DNA of 64,000 nt from Candidatus Tectimicrobiota bacterium (GTDB lineage Bacteria > JACPUC01). Shown here piece by piece: positions 38,296 through 49,536 of this stretch. Numbering within the stretch: the first letter of the stretch is position 1; each line of letters begins with the position of its first letter. The notes under the pieces are model-generated. The model was not told the origin of the DNA. It saw nothing but the letters and a program-made list of their open reading frames with translations, and searched no databases. A program made the translations under genes and the position numbers. Where the stretch lies: positions 124,001 to 188,000 of the forward strand of contig JACPUC010000006.1 of NCBI GenBank assembly GCA_016192455.1, in the 5' to 3' direction.

Positions 38296-39150
38296 TTAGT
38301 TGAGGTAGTCCTTCAGCGTCTTCGCCTTGGCCCGAGCGCGTAGGCGCAGCTTGGCTTTCTCTTCGATCTGGCGAATGCGCTCGCGGGAAAGCTTCAGCCG
38401 CTTGCCGATCTCCTCGAGCGTCATGGGATCGCCGTCGAACCCGAAGCGCATGCGCAGAATCTCCTTCTCGCGGCTGCTGAGCTCGGCAAGGATCTCTTCG
38501 ATCTCATGGGAGAGCGAGGCGCGCAGCAGGTGCTCATCCACCGCCGGGGTGTTCTTCGACTCGAGCTGGTCGAGGTAGCTGGTCTCCTCACTGTCGCCGA
38601 TGGGCGCGTTGAGAGACAGGTAGTTGCGGTAGACGCGCAGGATCGACTCGATGTCCTCCGGGCTCATCTGCATCTCGCGGGCGAGGTCCTGGCTGGAGGG
38701 TTCGCGGCCTTCCGAGTTCCACAGCGCCTGGTACTTCTCGGCGATCTTGTAGAGCACCCCCGCCTGCTTGATCGGCAACCGCACCGTCCCAGACTGCTCG
38801 GCCAGCGCATGCATGAGGGCCTGGCGAATCCACCAGATGGCGTAGGTGATGAACTTCACGCCGCGCTCGGGGTCGAAGCGCTTCGCGGCCTGGATGAGGC
38901 CGATGTTCCCCTCATTAATGAGGTCGAGCAGAGGCAAGCCGCAGTTCTTGTATTTGTTCGATACGCTGACCACGTAGCGCAAATTCGCCTGGACCAGTTT
39001 ATGGAGCGCGCCCTGGTCGCCACGCTGAATCTTGCGCGCCAGTTCCTGCTCCTCCTCACGCGTCAACAACGGCGTGCGGCTGATCTTCTTCAGGTAAGAA
39101 GAGAGGGTATCACTCCCCACTCTTTCACGTGCAGTCTTGTATGCCGTCAC
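38296..39150 (-). CDS. Alternative sigma70-family factor (regions 1.2-4, no region 1.1)
   Basis: YL..I...PLLT.EEE, ANLRYV, DLINEGNIGL..A..RFDP.RG.KF.TYA.WWIRQ, TLEEIG....LSRERIRQIE. Confidence 0.93.
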   Translation of the reverse strand: MTAYKTARERVGSDTLSSYLKKISRTPLLTREEEQELARKIQRGDQGALHKLVQANLRYVVSVSNKYKNCGLPLLDLINEGNIGLIQAAKRFDPERGVKFITYAIWWIRQALMHALAEQSGTVRLPIKQAGVLYKIAEKYQALWNSEGREPSSQDLAREMQMSPEDIESILRVYRNYLSLNAPIGDSEETSYLDQLESKNTPAVDEHLLRASLSHEIEEILAELSSREKEILRMRFGFDGDPMTLEEIGKRLKLSRERIRQIEEKAKLRLRARAKAKTLKDYLN

Positions 39151-39304
39151 TCTCGCCTTCCTTCCGATCCGAGGAAGCCCCCCTCGGCCTCCGTTGGATC
39201 AAATCTGTCCCATCATCTCAGCTCGTTTGGGGCTTTTTAGCTCCTGCGCGGTGAGCTGCGGTGCCCCAGCGTCTCCCAGAAATCCCTCCGCCCGTTCCCT
39301 CCTC

Positions 39305-39643
39305 TCATCGGTTTTCCTTTTGTTTCCATGAGCTTAGATCGACGCCCAGGTCGCGCTCCACGTACTCGATGAGGGCCTGGTGCTCTCCCTGAAGCGCCGA
39401 CAGCCGTTTCCGTAACTCCAAGATGACCTGCACTCCAGCAAGATTCACGCCAAGCTGCCGGGTGAGGGTTTGGATCATCCTGATCTGCTCAACATCTTCC
39501 TGGGAGTAAAGCCGGGTGTTGCCCCGTGTTCGCGAGGGACGGATGAAGCCTTCGCGCTCGTAGAGGCGGAGCGTCTGCGGATGAATGCGAAGTTGACTCG
39601 CGACGACGCTGATCATGAAGAGCGGTTCAGAGTTGTACCCCAT
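39305..39643 (-). CDS. hspR: HspR-like MerR-family heat-shock repressor
   Basis: MISVVA..L.IHPQTLR.YEREG...PSRT.GNTRLYS..D...LTR.LGVNLAGV. Confidence 0.85.
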   Translation of the reverse strand: MGYNSEPLFMISVVASQLRIHPQTLRLYEREGFIRPSRTRGNTRLYSQEDVEQIRMIQTLTRQLGVNLAGVQVILELRKRLSALQGEHQALIEYVERDLGVDLSSWKQKENR

Positions 39644-39997
39644 AGCCTGCCTCGAACCTAGCGGCAACGCTCCCCAGCTTGCCCCTTCCCGCCCGGGCTT
39701 CCTCGCCGGGGCCGCCTCGCCCCAGCGATGCGCCACCGCGGCCGCTCTCCACGGCGCTCGCCGCCCACGAAACACTCCCGGCTCGGTTGCCACGCGGAAA
39801 TGCCGATAGGGGACGCCACGCCGGCGGACCGCTGAGCATCCCGCCTATTCCTCATCATCCACCTTGCCTGTGCCGCATCAGCCGGCGAGCGCTCCCCGGG
39901 GTCTTCCCCGCGGCTCTCCTCCGATGGTTTACTTCAGGGGCCAGGTACCTCCAATATTGTCAAAGTTTGGGACATTTCACCCCTTTAGTCTATCCAA

Positions 39998-40027
39998 AAC
40001 GTAAGTTTTTAGTCACATGATCTCAAT
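39998..40027 (-). promoter_or_regulatory. Candidate promoter overlapped by a HAIR-like operator
   Basis: Minus strand TTGAGA (40026-40021), 17 nt spacer, TACGTT (40003-39998); TTTTAGT-N7-TCTCAAT (40007-40027) matches CTTGAGT-N7-ACTCAAG at 10/14. Confidence 0.45.
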
Positions 40028-40085
40028 TCACTGCGGGAGGCTCACGCCCCGCAGGCTCCTTGGTTTGCTCTCTACCCAATTCGAC

Positions 40086-40253
40086 AGCCCCGGGGATTTC
40101 GTGGTTCCTCGAAACGTGCCCCGCCAGGCACCGGCATCCTGCCTTGCTAGATGGCCTGGCCGTTCAACCTGCGATGACCAGGCGGGGGCGTCTTGGCTCT
40201 GAGGCGTTTGAAAGCTGCCTGGTGGTGCAAGGGGTGCCTCACCGATCCCGGCT
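40086..40253 (+). ncRNA. Candidate rod-like structured RNA (6S-like architecture)
   Basis: Nested stems 40117-40130/40216-40229 and 40154-40159/40178-40183, plus loose terminal pairing, around an internal bubble; no convincing ORF. Confidence 0.3.
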
Positions 40254-40569
40254 ACTCCACGTTCACGCCGGGCCCCTGAGGCTCAGCCCGGCGTGGAGAG
40301 CTGCATCTGTCTCTCTCCGCATCCGACCCCCGCCGAAGCCGGCGCGGCGACGAGCGGGGCCCAGGCGTGCATTGCCCCAACGGAGCACCTCTCTGCGGCG
40401 GCAGGACAAAGAGCACGGTCGGCAGCAACAGCTCAACCTGAGGAGAGGGGGAGGGTGACACAGGAACGGCGCGGAATGGTCGGTGGAGCGCAAGTTGCTG
40501 AGGGCCGCGTGGAGGCCGCGAAGGAGAGAAGGTGTCGGCGTCTGCGCTGCCTGTGGGGATGAGCGAAGC

Positions 40570-42252
40570 TCAGGGGATGATCTTTCCGAGAGTCTTTTTT
40601 ACACCGCTGCCGAACCAGCGGAACACTCCGACGGTCTTGGAAAGAATGCCCCCCTGGTTCTCTTCGGAAACCTGCGAGGGCGCCTCGCCGGACTGCGCTC
40701 CGGCATCTGCGTCAGTGCCGTTGGCGCGCTCCGCCGCCGCCACGGCGTTGCCGCCCGCTTCATTCCCCACGCTCCGGGCGACGCGTTCCTCCCCGCCCGC
40801 CGGACGGACAGGGCCAACCTGTGGCGCGGCGATCATCTCGCCCTGAAACCCCACCTGAACCGTGGGCGCGTCAAGCGTCTTCAGGCTTTGGACTCGTTCC
40901 GTGGGAGCTGCTTGAGCTGTCCGGCGACCCCTCGAGGTCTCAGCCTGACTTCCTTTCGATGCTGCGGCCGGCGGCGAGCCAGAGAGGCGCGGCGGCGCCG
41001 TCCCTTCCCCAGCCGCGCCGCTGCCGCCCGCTCCCGAGCCTCCAGGAGCAAACGGGGCCGACGCAGCGGTCTCGGACAAGAGAGGGGCACGGCCCGATTC
41101 TGCCTGGGGGGTGGCCGGGGAGGCGTTCTTCACAGAGAGAGCTGCCGAGGACGCCGCGAGAGCTGCCTTGCCGCCATTCTCCGGCGTACCGCCACGGAGC
41201 TCCGCCGCGTGGTCTTGGGCAGGCGTCGCAAGGGATTCCGGCGCACCTTCTTGGATGGGCACCGCGGCGCGCTCGAGGTCGGTGCGAATGGCGGACGGCG
41301 CGGCGGCGTAAGCGGGCTGCGCGTTCTCTCCGCTTCCCATGCCTACCAGGGAGAGGAGCTTGTTTCCTGCCTTGGCGAAGGGCTGCACGATGCCTTGCAG
41401 GCTGCCGACATCGAAGAGGCGCTCGCTGTAGCTCGTTGTAACCTTGTCACCGTTCATCTGCCAGTGGGATTTGGCGAGACTGGCGAACTCAGTATGCGCG
41501 TACCCGGTTTCCAGTTTGGTCAGGATAGCCGGAATTTCCTGCCCCTTTTCCTGGCGGATGAGGCTCTCACCAAGGTAGAAATACGTCTTGCTGATCTCCC
41601 GGAACTCCGGGTAGCGCCCGATCAGGTACTCGAAGCGCAACTGGGCGGCTCGGTACTTCCCTTGCCGGAAGTAGAACATGCCGACGTACTGCTCGTGTTG
41701 CGCTAGGCGGTTGCGGGAGTACGTGATCTTCGCCGCCGCATCGGCGGCATACTCGCTCTTCGGGTGTTGCTTGACGACCATGGTGAAGGAATCAAGCGCC
41801 TTCTGGGCGAATGACTGGTCGCGGTCCGCTTCGCGGAGCTGGCGCACATTCACCATGCCAAGCCGGTAGTGCGCCTTGGCTGCCAGCTCGTGGCTAGGGT
41901 ACACTTCCAGGAAGCGCTGGTAGTAGAACTCCGCATCCTGCCAGGCTTGCGCGTCGTAGTAGGCATCGGCCATGTTCATGATCGCCGCGACGCGCACGCG
42001 GGTATCGCTCGCTCCTTGCACCACCTCCTCGAACTTCTCGCGGGCGGCGTTGAGGTTCCCCGAGCGTGCGTCAGCCTGCGCCTTGCGGAAGAGGGAGAAG
42101 AGGTCGGACCGTTGCTGCGGTTGCTTCGCCGTGCCGCAGGCGCTGAGTAGAAGCGAGAGCGGCAGCACGGCTAAGAGAAAACGCTTCGTTCGATGCCTCG
42201 CGAGGGAGGTGCAGGACGCTGCGCCTTCAGGTCTCCGTGGGCGACGAGGCAT
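40570..42252 (-). CDS. bamD: Outer-membrane assembly lipoprotein BamD with long low-complexity C-terminal extension
   Basis: Lipobox LSAC; Y.RFL..YP.H, DRDQ, F..V....P.S.YA, RLA.HE.YVG.FY; AAGGAGG RBS. Confidence 0.87.
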   Translation of the reverse strand: MPRRPRRPEGAASCTSLARHRTKRFLLAVLPLSLLLSACGTAKQPQQRSDLFSLFRKAQADARSGNLNAAREKFEEVVQGASDTRVRVAAIMNMADAYYDAQAWQDAEFYYQRFLEVYPSHELAAKAHYRLGMVNVRQLREADRDQSFAQKALDSFTMVVKQHPKSEYAADAAAKITYSRNRLAQHEQYVGMFYFRQGKYRAAQLRFEYLIGRYPEFREISKTYFYLGESLIRQEKGQEIPAILTKLETGYAHTEFASLAKSHWQMNGDKVTTSYSERLFDVGSLQGIVQPFAKAGNKLLSLVGMGSGENAQPAYAAAPSAIRTDLERAAVPIQEGAPESLATPAQDHAAELRGGTPENGGKAALAASSAALSVKNASPATPQAESGRAPLLSETAASAPFAPGGSGAGGSGAAGEGTAPPRLSGSPPAAASKGSQAETSRGRRTAQAAPTERVQSLKTLDAPTVQVGFQGEMIAAPQVGPVRPAGGEERVARSVGNEAGGNAVAAAERANGTDADAGAQSGEAPSQVSEENQGGILSKTVGVFRWFGSGVKKTLGKIIP

Positions 42253-42551
42253 CACACCTCCTTGAGGCAGAACCGAGGAGAGAGAACGAGTAAGAAGGGG
42301 AGAAACAGCCCGGGAGAACGTGGACCCCGGCAGCTACAACCGCGCCTCCCTTCCCCCAGGGCATGAGCACAGTTACTCTACCGCAGAGGCGGTGTTTCCG
42401 CAAGAAAAAAAGTGGCAACCCTTACGGCTGACGGCGCGCCGAGCCGTCGCCCAGCGGACGCGGCTGGTTGCCGCACCGCGAGGCGCCTGCGGCCCGGCTT
42501 CTCGTTGGTAGGTCCTGCTCTTCCTGCGACGCACATCGCGCGGAGGTTTCC

Positions 42552-42971
42552 ATGACCCTGGAGCAGTTACGAAAAGGGATTGACCGTCTGGATCGCAAGA
42601 TCGTTGCGCTCCTCAATGAGCGCGCGCAGATCGCCCTGCGGGTGGGTGAGCTGAAGTGGCAGCAAAACCTGCCGATTGTGGCGCGCGGCCGCGAGCAGGA
42701 GGTGTATGCGCACCTTGCCGCCATGAACGCCGGTCCGCTCGAGAACGAGCAGCTCAACCGCATCTACCTGCGCATCATGCGCGAGATGAAGCAGTTGCAG
42801 CGCGGCCTGTCCACCCGCAGCGCCGCCGCCCGGCGCCGGCAAGGCGCAGCGCGGGCAGGCGCTGCGGCGACGCGGCGGGCCACGGCGGCCGGCGCGCCCA
42901 CCGCAAAGACAGCCGCTGGACGCCGCGCACCGGCAGCGAAGAAGAGTAGTGCACGAAAGACTGGGCGGTAG
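42552..42971 (+). CDS. AroQ-type chorismate mutase with basic Ala/Lys/Arg tail
   Basis: LEQLR..ID.LD..IV.LLNERA......G.LK...RE; GGAGG RBS. Confidence 0.88.
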   Translation: MTLEQLRKGIDRLDRKIVALLNERAQIALRVGELKWQQNLPIVARGREQEVYAHLAAMNAGPLENEQLNRIYLRIMREMKQLQRGLSTRSAAARRRQGAARAGAAATRRATAAGAPTAKTAAGRRAPAAKKSSARKTGR

Positions 42972-43220
42972 CGCCAAGTGAAGCCACCGCGGCTCCCCTT
43001 CCGGGCGGCTTGGGCGGGCCTGCAGGTGCCCTGCGGCCTCCACTCGCCCGCAAGCAGGCGGGGTGGTGGCGAGGCTCGGCGGGCGGGCGGCGGGCTTGTC
43101 TGGGGGGCCAACATTCGCTGGGCGAGGAGCCCTCGCCCCCTCGCGCACCCGGGCTCCCGCCCACCGATAGTCTTCCGAGATTCGTCTCGGTCGGCAACTG
43201 AAAGATACAAAGACGCAACG

Positions 43221-43457
43221 CTAGCGCGTTTCGAGGTGTTGTTTCACGGCGCGGATGAAGTCGTCCACGGCGCAATTGTGCATCGCCGCCACGAAGGCGA
43301 GGTTCTCGATCTTCGTTCCCGGACAGGTGAAGCATTCGCTGCCGAAGTAGGCGGCGACGATGGGCCGGGCGGCGGGGTAGTGCTGCAGCAGATCGGCCAG
43401 CAGCATCGTCTTCGTGATCGGCGGTTTGGGAGCACGGGACGGCGTGGGCTCGTGCAT
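43221..43457 (-). CDS. DUF1858-like small Cys-containing protein
   Basis: ITK.M...D.L..YP....FG..CFTCP....E.L...A.MH. Confidence 0.78.
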   Translation of the reverse strand: MHEPTPSRAPKPPITKTMLLADLLQHYPAARPIVAAYFGSECFTCPGTKIENLAFVAAMHNCAVDDFIRAVKQHLETR

Positions 43458-43882
43458 GGGAGGTTCCTTTGCTCCTGAGCTGGGCGCCGGGGTTGGGACG
43501 CCGCCGGAGTCAGGGGGACGCCAGACGACTGACTCCCCTGCACCTGTCTGCCGACAAGGCAGGTCCTGGGCCCACAACCTCTCCTCATAGCTTAGGACCT
43601 TGAGGGCCGGATGCGCAATCGTTACCTGGGGAGCGCGACGCCACTTGCGCGGCCTCGCCCAAGGTCCTTCCTCGCCCAGGCGCGGCCGCCGATGCCGTCG
43701 GGGCGACGTCTGATCCCGCCTCAAGCTGCGGTCTGCGCGGCGGGAGGTGCGCCGGTGCGGCGAGGGTTGTTGGAGAGCAAGGCTTGGGACCCGTCTTCGA
43801 GAGGGTCTCCTGCGCCGCTGATCGTTCTGCAACGATCGGCGCACCGCTCGGAGTTGGCGGGGAGAATCTCTGCCGCCAGCGG

Positions 43883-43911
43883 TTGAAAGAGGGTCAGCCG
43901 CAGGATATATT
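43883..43911 (+). promoter_or_regulatory. Sigma70 promoter candidate for the ccm operon
   Basis: TTGAAA, 17 nt spacer, TATATT; about 320 nt upstream of ccmE. Confidence 0.55.
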
Positions 43912-44239
43912 GAAGAGGGAATTTGCGCTTGGGTTCCTTTCCAGGGGAACGCCCTGCCCCGCGGAATACGAGGAGGGTGGATGGCGTTCCCTGAAGGTGG
44001 AGGAAAAGGGTGGCCTGACTCCGGCGGCCCCGCCGAGCCTCGCGTCAGAGGCATGATCGCCACCTGGCTGGCGGGATGGTGATCTCCCCACCCCTTGCAG
44101 GCGGTGAGATGACAGCAATGACAGAGAGTGCGCCGTGGGCCTCGCCACCAGGGGGTGGCCCGCGAGTCGCAGAGGCGCCGCACGATCGACGCTCGCCGGG
44201 GTGCGGTTTCCGGAAGCCCGGCGGTGCAAAGGGGTAACG

Positions 44240-44809
44240 GTGAAGAAGAACAACCTGCGATTCCTCGTCGGTGGTGTGATCATCCTCGGGGCGATAGCGT
44301 ATCTCGTTTACACCGGGGCGCGCGACACGATGATGTACTACCTCACGGTTGCGGAGGTCCACGCTAAGGGAGAGAGCCTCATTGGGCAGGGTGTGCGGAT
44401 CGCCGGCAAGGTGCAGCCGAACAGCATCAAGCGCGACACGCAGGGCTTCGGCGTCAACTTCCTCATGGTCGATGTGCCGGCGAAAACCAATGATACCGAG
44501 AGTGGTCTCGTTGCCGTTCGTCAAGCCTCGCTGCTTAGAGACGGCGCGCCGAAGACGCTCCCGGTCCACTTTGCGGGCATTGTTCCTGACATGTTCAAGG
44601 ATAACGCCGATGTCATCGTCGAAGGGCAGGTGAGGTCGGATGGCAGCTTCCACGCCAAGACCCTGATGACCCAGTGTCCTTCCAAGTACGAGTCCGATCC
44701 CAAGGCATTGGCCGGAAAGCCTGCCGAGGCCGGCGACGCTGCAACCAAGGACCGCCCGTCTCAGCGTGTCCCAGCCGCGGTCTCCACCGGCAATGGAAGT
44801 CCCTCGTGA
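44240..44809 (+). CDS. ccmE: Heme chaperone CcmE, Cys variant
   Basis: N-terminal TM, YYLTV.E, VR.AG.V, G.VPD.F, V.VEG, CPSKY in place of HxxxY. Confidence 0.93.
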   Translation: MKKNNLRFLVGGVIILGAIAYLVYTGARDTMMYYLTVAEVHAKGESLIGQGVRIAGKVQPNSIKRDTQGFGVNFLMVDVPAKTNDTESGLVAVRQASLLRDGAPKTLPVHFAGIVPDMFKDNADVIVEGQVRSDGSFHAKTLMTQCPSKYESDPKALAGKPAEAGDAATKDRPSQRVPAAVSTGNGSPS

Positions 44810-44981
44810 CAGGCCGTGGGCCTCAGGCTAGCGAAGTGGTGGCGGCGCCGGGGTGCGCCCCCGCGACGACCATCGCGGCGCGACACCGCCCCTCGCCTGC
44901 GGCGGCGGCATCGCGCCTGCCGCTGCGCTCTCTGCCTACCTGGGCTCTCTACGAGCCTTTAGCATAGAAAGGATGCCGCCG

Positions 44982-46982
<2,001 letters not shown>

Positions 46983-47082
46983 CGAGCGTGAGCGGCGCGG
47001 CGCCTGCCGCGACCGCCGCACGGTGCGGGAGCTGGGTGGCGGCAGACCTGTCCGGCCTGGCCCAAAGCGGAGACGAGCGTTC

Positions 47083-47808
47083 ATGAGTGCGTGGCCCAGT
47101 CTGCAGTGGTTCTTCGCCGTCGTCCTCGTGCTCCTCGGTGGGGCGTGGGTGATCGTGCCCTTCTTCTGGACGCGGCGCGGCGCCGCAGAGCCGCGCGAGC
47201 CGGCTGCCGCCGGGGAACGCGGCACGGCGGTGGGCCGCGCTGCGGCAAGCGACGGCGCGCCAGGGGGCGCCGTGAACGGCGAGCGGCGGGCGGAGCTGCT
47301 GCGGCGCAAGGCGTTGGCCTACGCGGAGCTGAAGGAGCTTGAGTTCGACTACAAGGTGGGGAAGCTCTCAGAGAGCGACTACGAGCAGCTTGCGCAAGTG
47401 CAGCGGGCGACGGCGCTGGAAATCCTGCGCCAGCTCGAGGCGCAGCAGGAGCCGGACGATCTCGACCGCGCCATCGATGCCGAGGTGAGCCGGCGCCTGC
47501 AGGCGCGCCGCGCCGCCCAGGCTGCCGGGGGGCGAGGTGGCGGCGCCAGGGCGACGCAGCTCGCCGACCTGTCGCCCGCGGGACACGGCGCGGCGCCGCC
47601 GAGCGAGGAGACCTCGGCAGCTCGCGCCGGCGGGGCAGCGGCAATCCCGCCTGGAGTGTGCGGCGGCTGCGGCGGCGAGTTGCCGCCCGAGGCGCGCTTC
47701 TGCTCGCAGTGCGGCGCGCCCGCGGGCGCCCGCTGCGCCGCGTGTCAGCAACCGCTCACCCAGGGTGACAGGTTCTGCTCGCAGTGCGGCGCCCCCGTCG
47801 CGGTATGA
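47083..47808 (+). CDS. Membrane-anchored protein with CcmI-like helical segment and double zinc ribbon
   Basis: N-terminal TM; LKELEFDY..GKLS..DY..L; C-terminal CxxC x4 (CGGC, CSQC, CAAC, CSQC). Confidence 0.8.
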   Translation: MSAWPSLQWFFAVVLVLLGGAWVIVPFFWTRRGAAEPREPAAAGERGTAVGRAAASDGAPGGAVNGERRAELLRRKALAYAELKELEFDYKVGKLSESDYEQLAQVQRATALEILRQLEAQQEPDDLDRAIDAEVSRRLQARRAAQAAGGRGGGARATQLADLSPAGHGAAPPSEETSAARAGGAAAIPPGVCGGCGGELPPEARFCSQCGAPAGARCAACQQPLTQGDRFCSQCGAPVAV

Positions 47809-47936
47809 GCTTTGTTCCTCCTGCCGGTGGATTGATCCGACAGCGCTGGGGTCATCTCCCCTCGAAGGTCCTCGCGTAGGTCCTCGGGGCACCCCCGGCG
47901 GCGTCTCTCCGGTGTAGGTTGCGCGCCGAGGTTACC

Positions 47937-49361
47937 ATGACACGAGTTGCGCTCCCATCGCTTCGCCGACGTTTCTTCCTGGCAGCCGTCGCCCTGACGC
48001 TCCTCTGCGGCGCCGGCGCGCGGGCCCAGCAAGGGGAGCCGGTCGGGCAGAGGCCGGCAGGGGTGATCCACGGCAGCGTCACCCTCGAGGGGCAACCCCT
48101 GGCCGGCAAGCAGGTGGTGCTCTATGTCCTGCGTCGCGGCGAGGAAGAGACGCGCTCCTTCACGCGCACCGAGAGCACCGGCGCCTTCCAGTTCGACCGC
48201 ATCAAGACCGATCCCTCGTATTCCTACGTCGCGGCTGCCGAGCATGAGGGGGTCTCCTACCAATCCCAACCGCTCACCTTTGCGATCCCCGAGCTGAAGA
48301 AGGAGGTGGAGCTGAAGGTCGCCCACACCACCACCTCTGATGCCGACATCTCCGTGGCTCGGGAGCACTCGATCCTCGACTTCGCCTCCGGCAAGCTGCT
48401 CGTGACCACGGTGCTCATGGCGCGCAATGGCGGCAGCAGAGCGTACATCGGTTTCGAGCAGGTCGGGCTGGGACGCCGCGAAGTGTTGAAGCTGCCGCTG
48501 CCGGTCGGGTTCAAGAACTTCCAGCTCCTGCAGGGCGGCACGACGCAGGAGGTGGAGCTGGCCGATTGGGGGGGAAGCTACACCCGCCCCATGCCACCCG
48601 GCGTCGTGACCCTGGCGTACCGCTATGAGCTGCCGGTCAAGGGCGAGGATCTCACCTTCACCCGCAAGGTCGCCTACCAGACGGGGCAGCTTGACGTGCT
48701 CGTGGCCATGGCGGGGAACGGTGGGGAGATGCAGGGGATGCCGGGAATGCAGGGTCCCCCAAGCCGCTTTCCGCAGCGTCAAAGTTCCGAGCTGCGCATC
48801 GCCTCCACAACCCTGGCCGACCAGGGTCTGCTCGATATGCAGGGGCGGCAGGTGCGACGGCTCAGCGGCCAAGGTCTGCAGAAGGGGAGCGCTATTTCGC
48901 TCACCATCGCCGGCCTGACGCCGGCCGGGTTCTGGACGAGGCATAGCAGCATCGCCTATGGCATCATCGTCCTGATCATCCTCGGCGGCATGCTCGTGCC
49001 GCTGATCTCGGCGAAGCGGCGCAAGCAGGCGCAGATGGCGGATCGACCCGTGACCCACCGTCCGCAGCAGCGCCCCGCAAAGAACCGGGCCGGCGCCCCG
49101 GAGAACGGTGCGCAGGCGGCGTCCAAGGGCGCCGCGGCGGGGCGTCGGGGCGCGGAGCGCCCGGCGCGGGAGCCGAAGCGGAGCGCGCGCCGGGAGGAAG
49201 GCCCGGCGGTTCGCCGCGAGGAGCTCTACGAGGCGCTCGTGGCGATCGAGGAGCAACGGCAGGCCGGCGCGATCGCGGAGCAGAGCTACGAACTGCAGCG
49301 CGAGGAGCTGCGGCGCGAGCTCAAGGACCTCCTGCGGGCAACGCCGCCCAACCTCGCCTGA
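47937..49361 (+). CDS. Exported beta-rich protein with C-terminal TM and cytoplasmic helical tail
   Basis: Signal peptide, carboxypeptidase-regulatory-like start (G.IHG.V...T..TG.F.F), TM at about aa 340-360, tail REEL...L..IE....AG.I....Y...REEL. Confidence 0.75.
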   Translation: MTRVALPSLRRRFFLAAVALTLLCGAGARAQQGEPVGQRPAGVIHGSVTLEGQPLAGKQVVLYVLRRGEEETRSFTRTESTGAFQFDRIKTDPSYSYVAAAEHEGVSYQSQPLTFAIPELKKEVELKVAHTTTSDADISVAREHSILDFASGKLLVTTVLMARNGGSRAYIGFEQVGLGRREVLKLPLPVGFKNFQLLQGGTTQEVELADWGGSYTRPMPPGVVTLAYRYELPVKGEDLTFTRKVAYQTGQLDVLVAMAGNGGEMQGMPGMQGPPSRFPQRQSSELRIASTTLADQGLLDMQGRQVRRLSGQGLQKGSAISLTIAGLTPAGFWTRHSSIAYGIIVLIILGGMLVPLISAKRRKQAQMADRPVTHRPQQRPAKNRAGAPENGAQAASKGAAAGRRGAERPAREPKRSARREEGPAVRREELYEALVAIEEQRQAGAIAEQSYELQREELRRELKDLLRATPPNLA

Positions 49362-49536
49362 GCGGTGCGGACGCGCCGAGGGCGCGCAGCTTGCGGCGGG
49401 GTTGCGCGCCGGGGACGCGCGGCGCCGCAGCGTCGAACGCCTTGGACTGCGCCCTCACCTGCTTGGTAGCGGAGAGGCGAGGCAGCCCGCTGAGGTACGG
49501 GAGGGAGCGTGGGCCCCGCCGTCCCCCGGGAGCGCT

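Noticed and set aside
39958-39963. Minus-strand TTGACA as the hspR -35 element
   Set aside because: No acceptable -10 element at 16-18 nt spacing.
40054-40068. Sigma54 promoter upstream of the candidate RNA
   Set aside because: GG-to-GC spacing is 11 nt, not the required 10.
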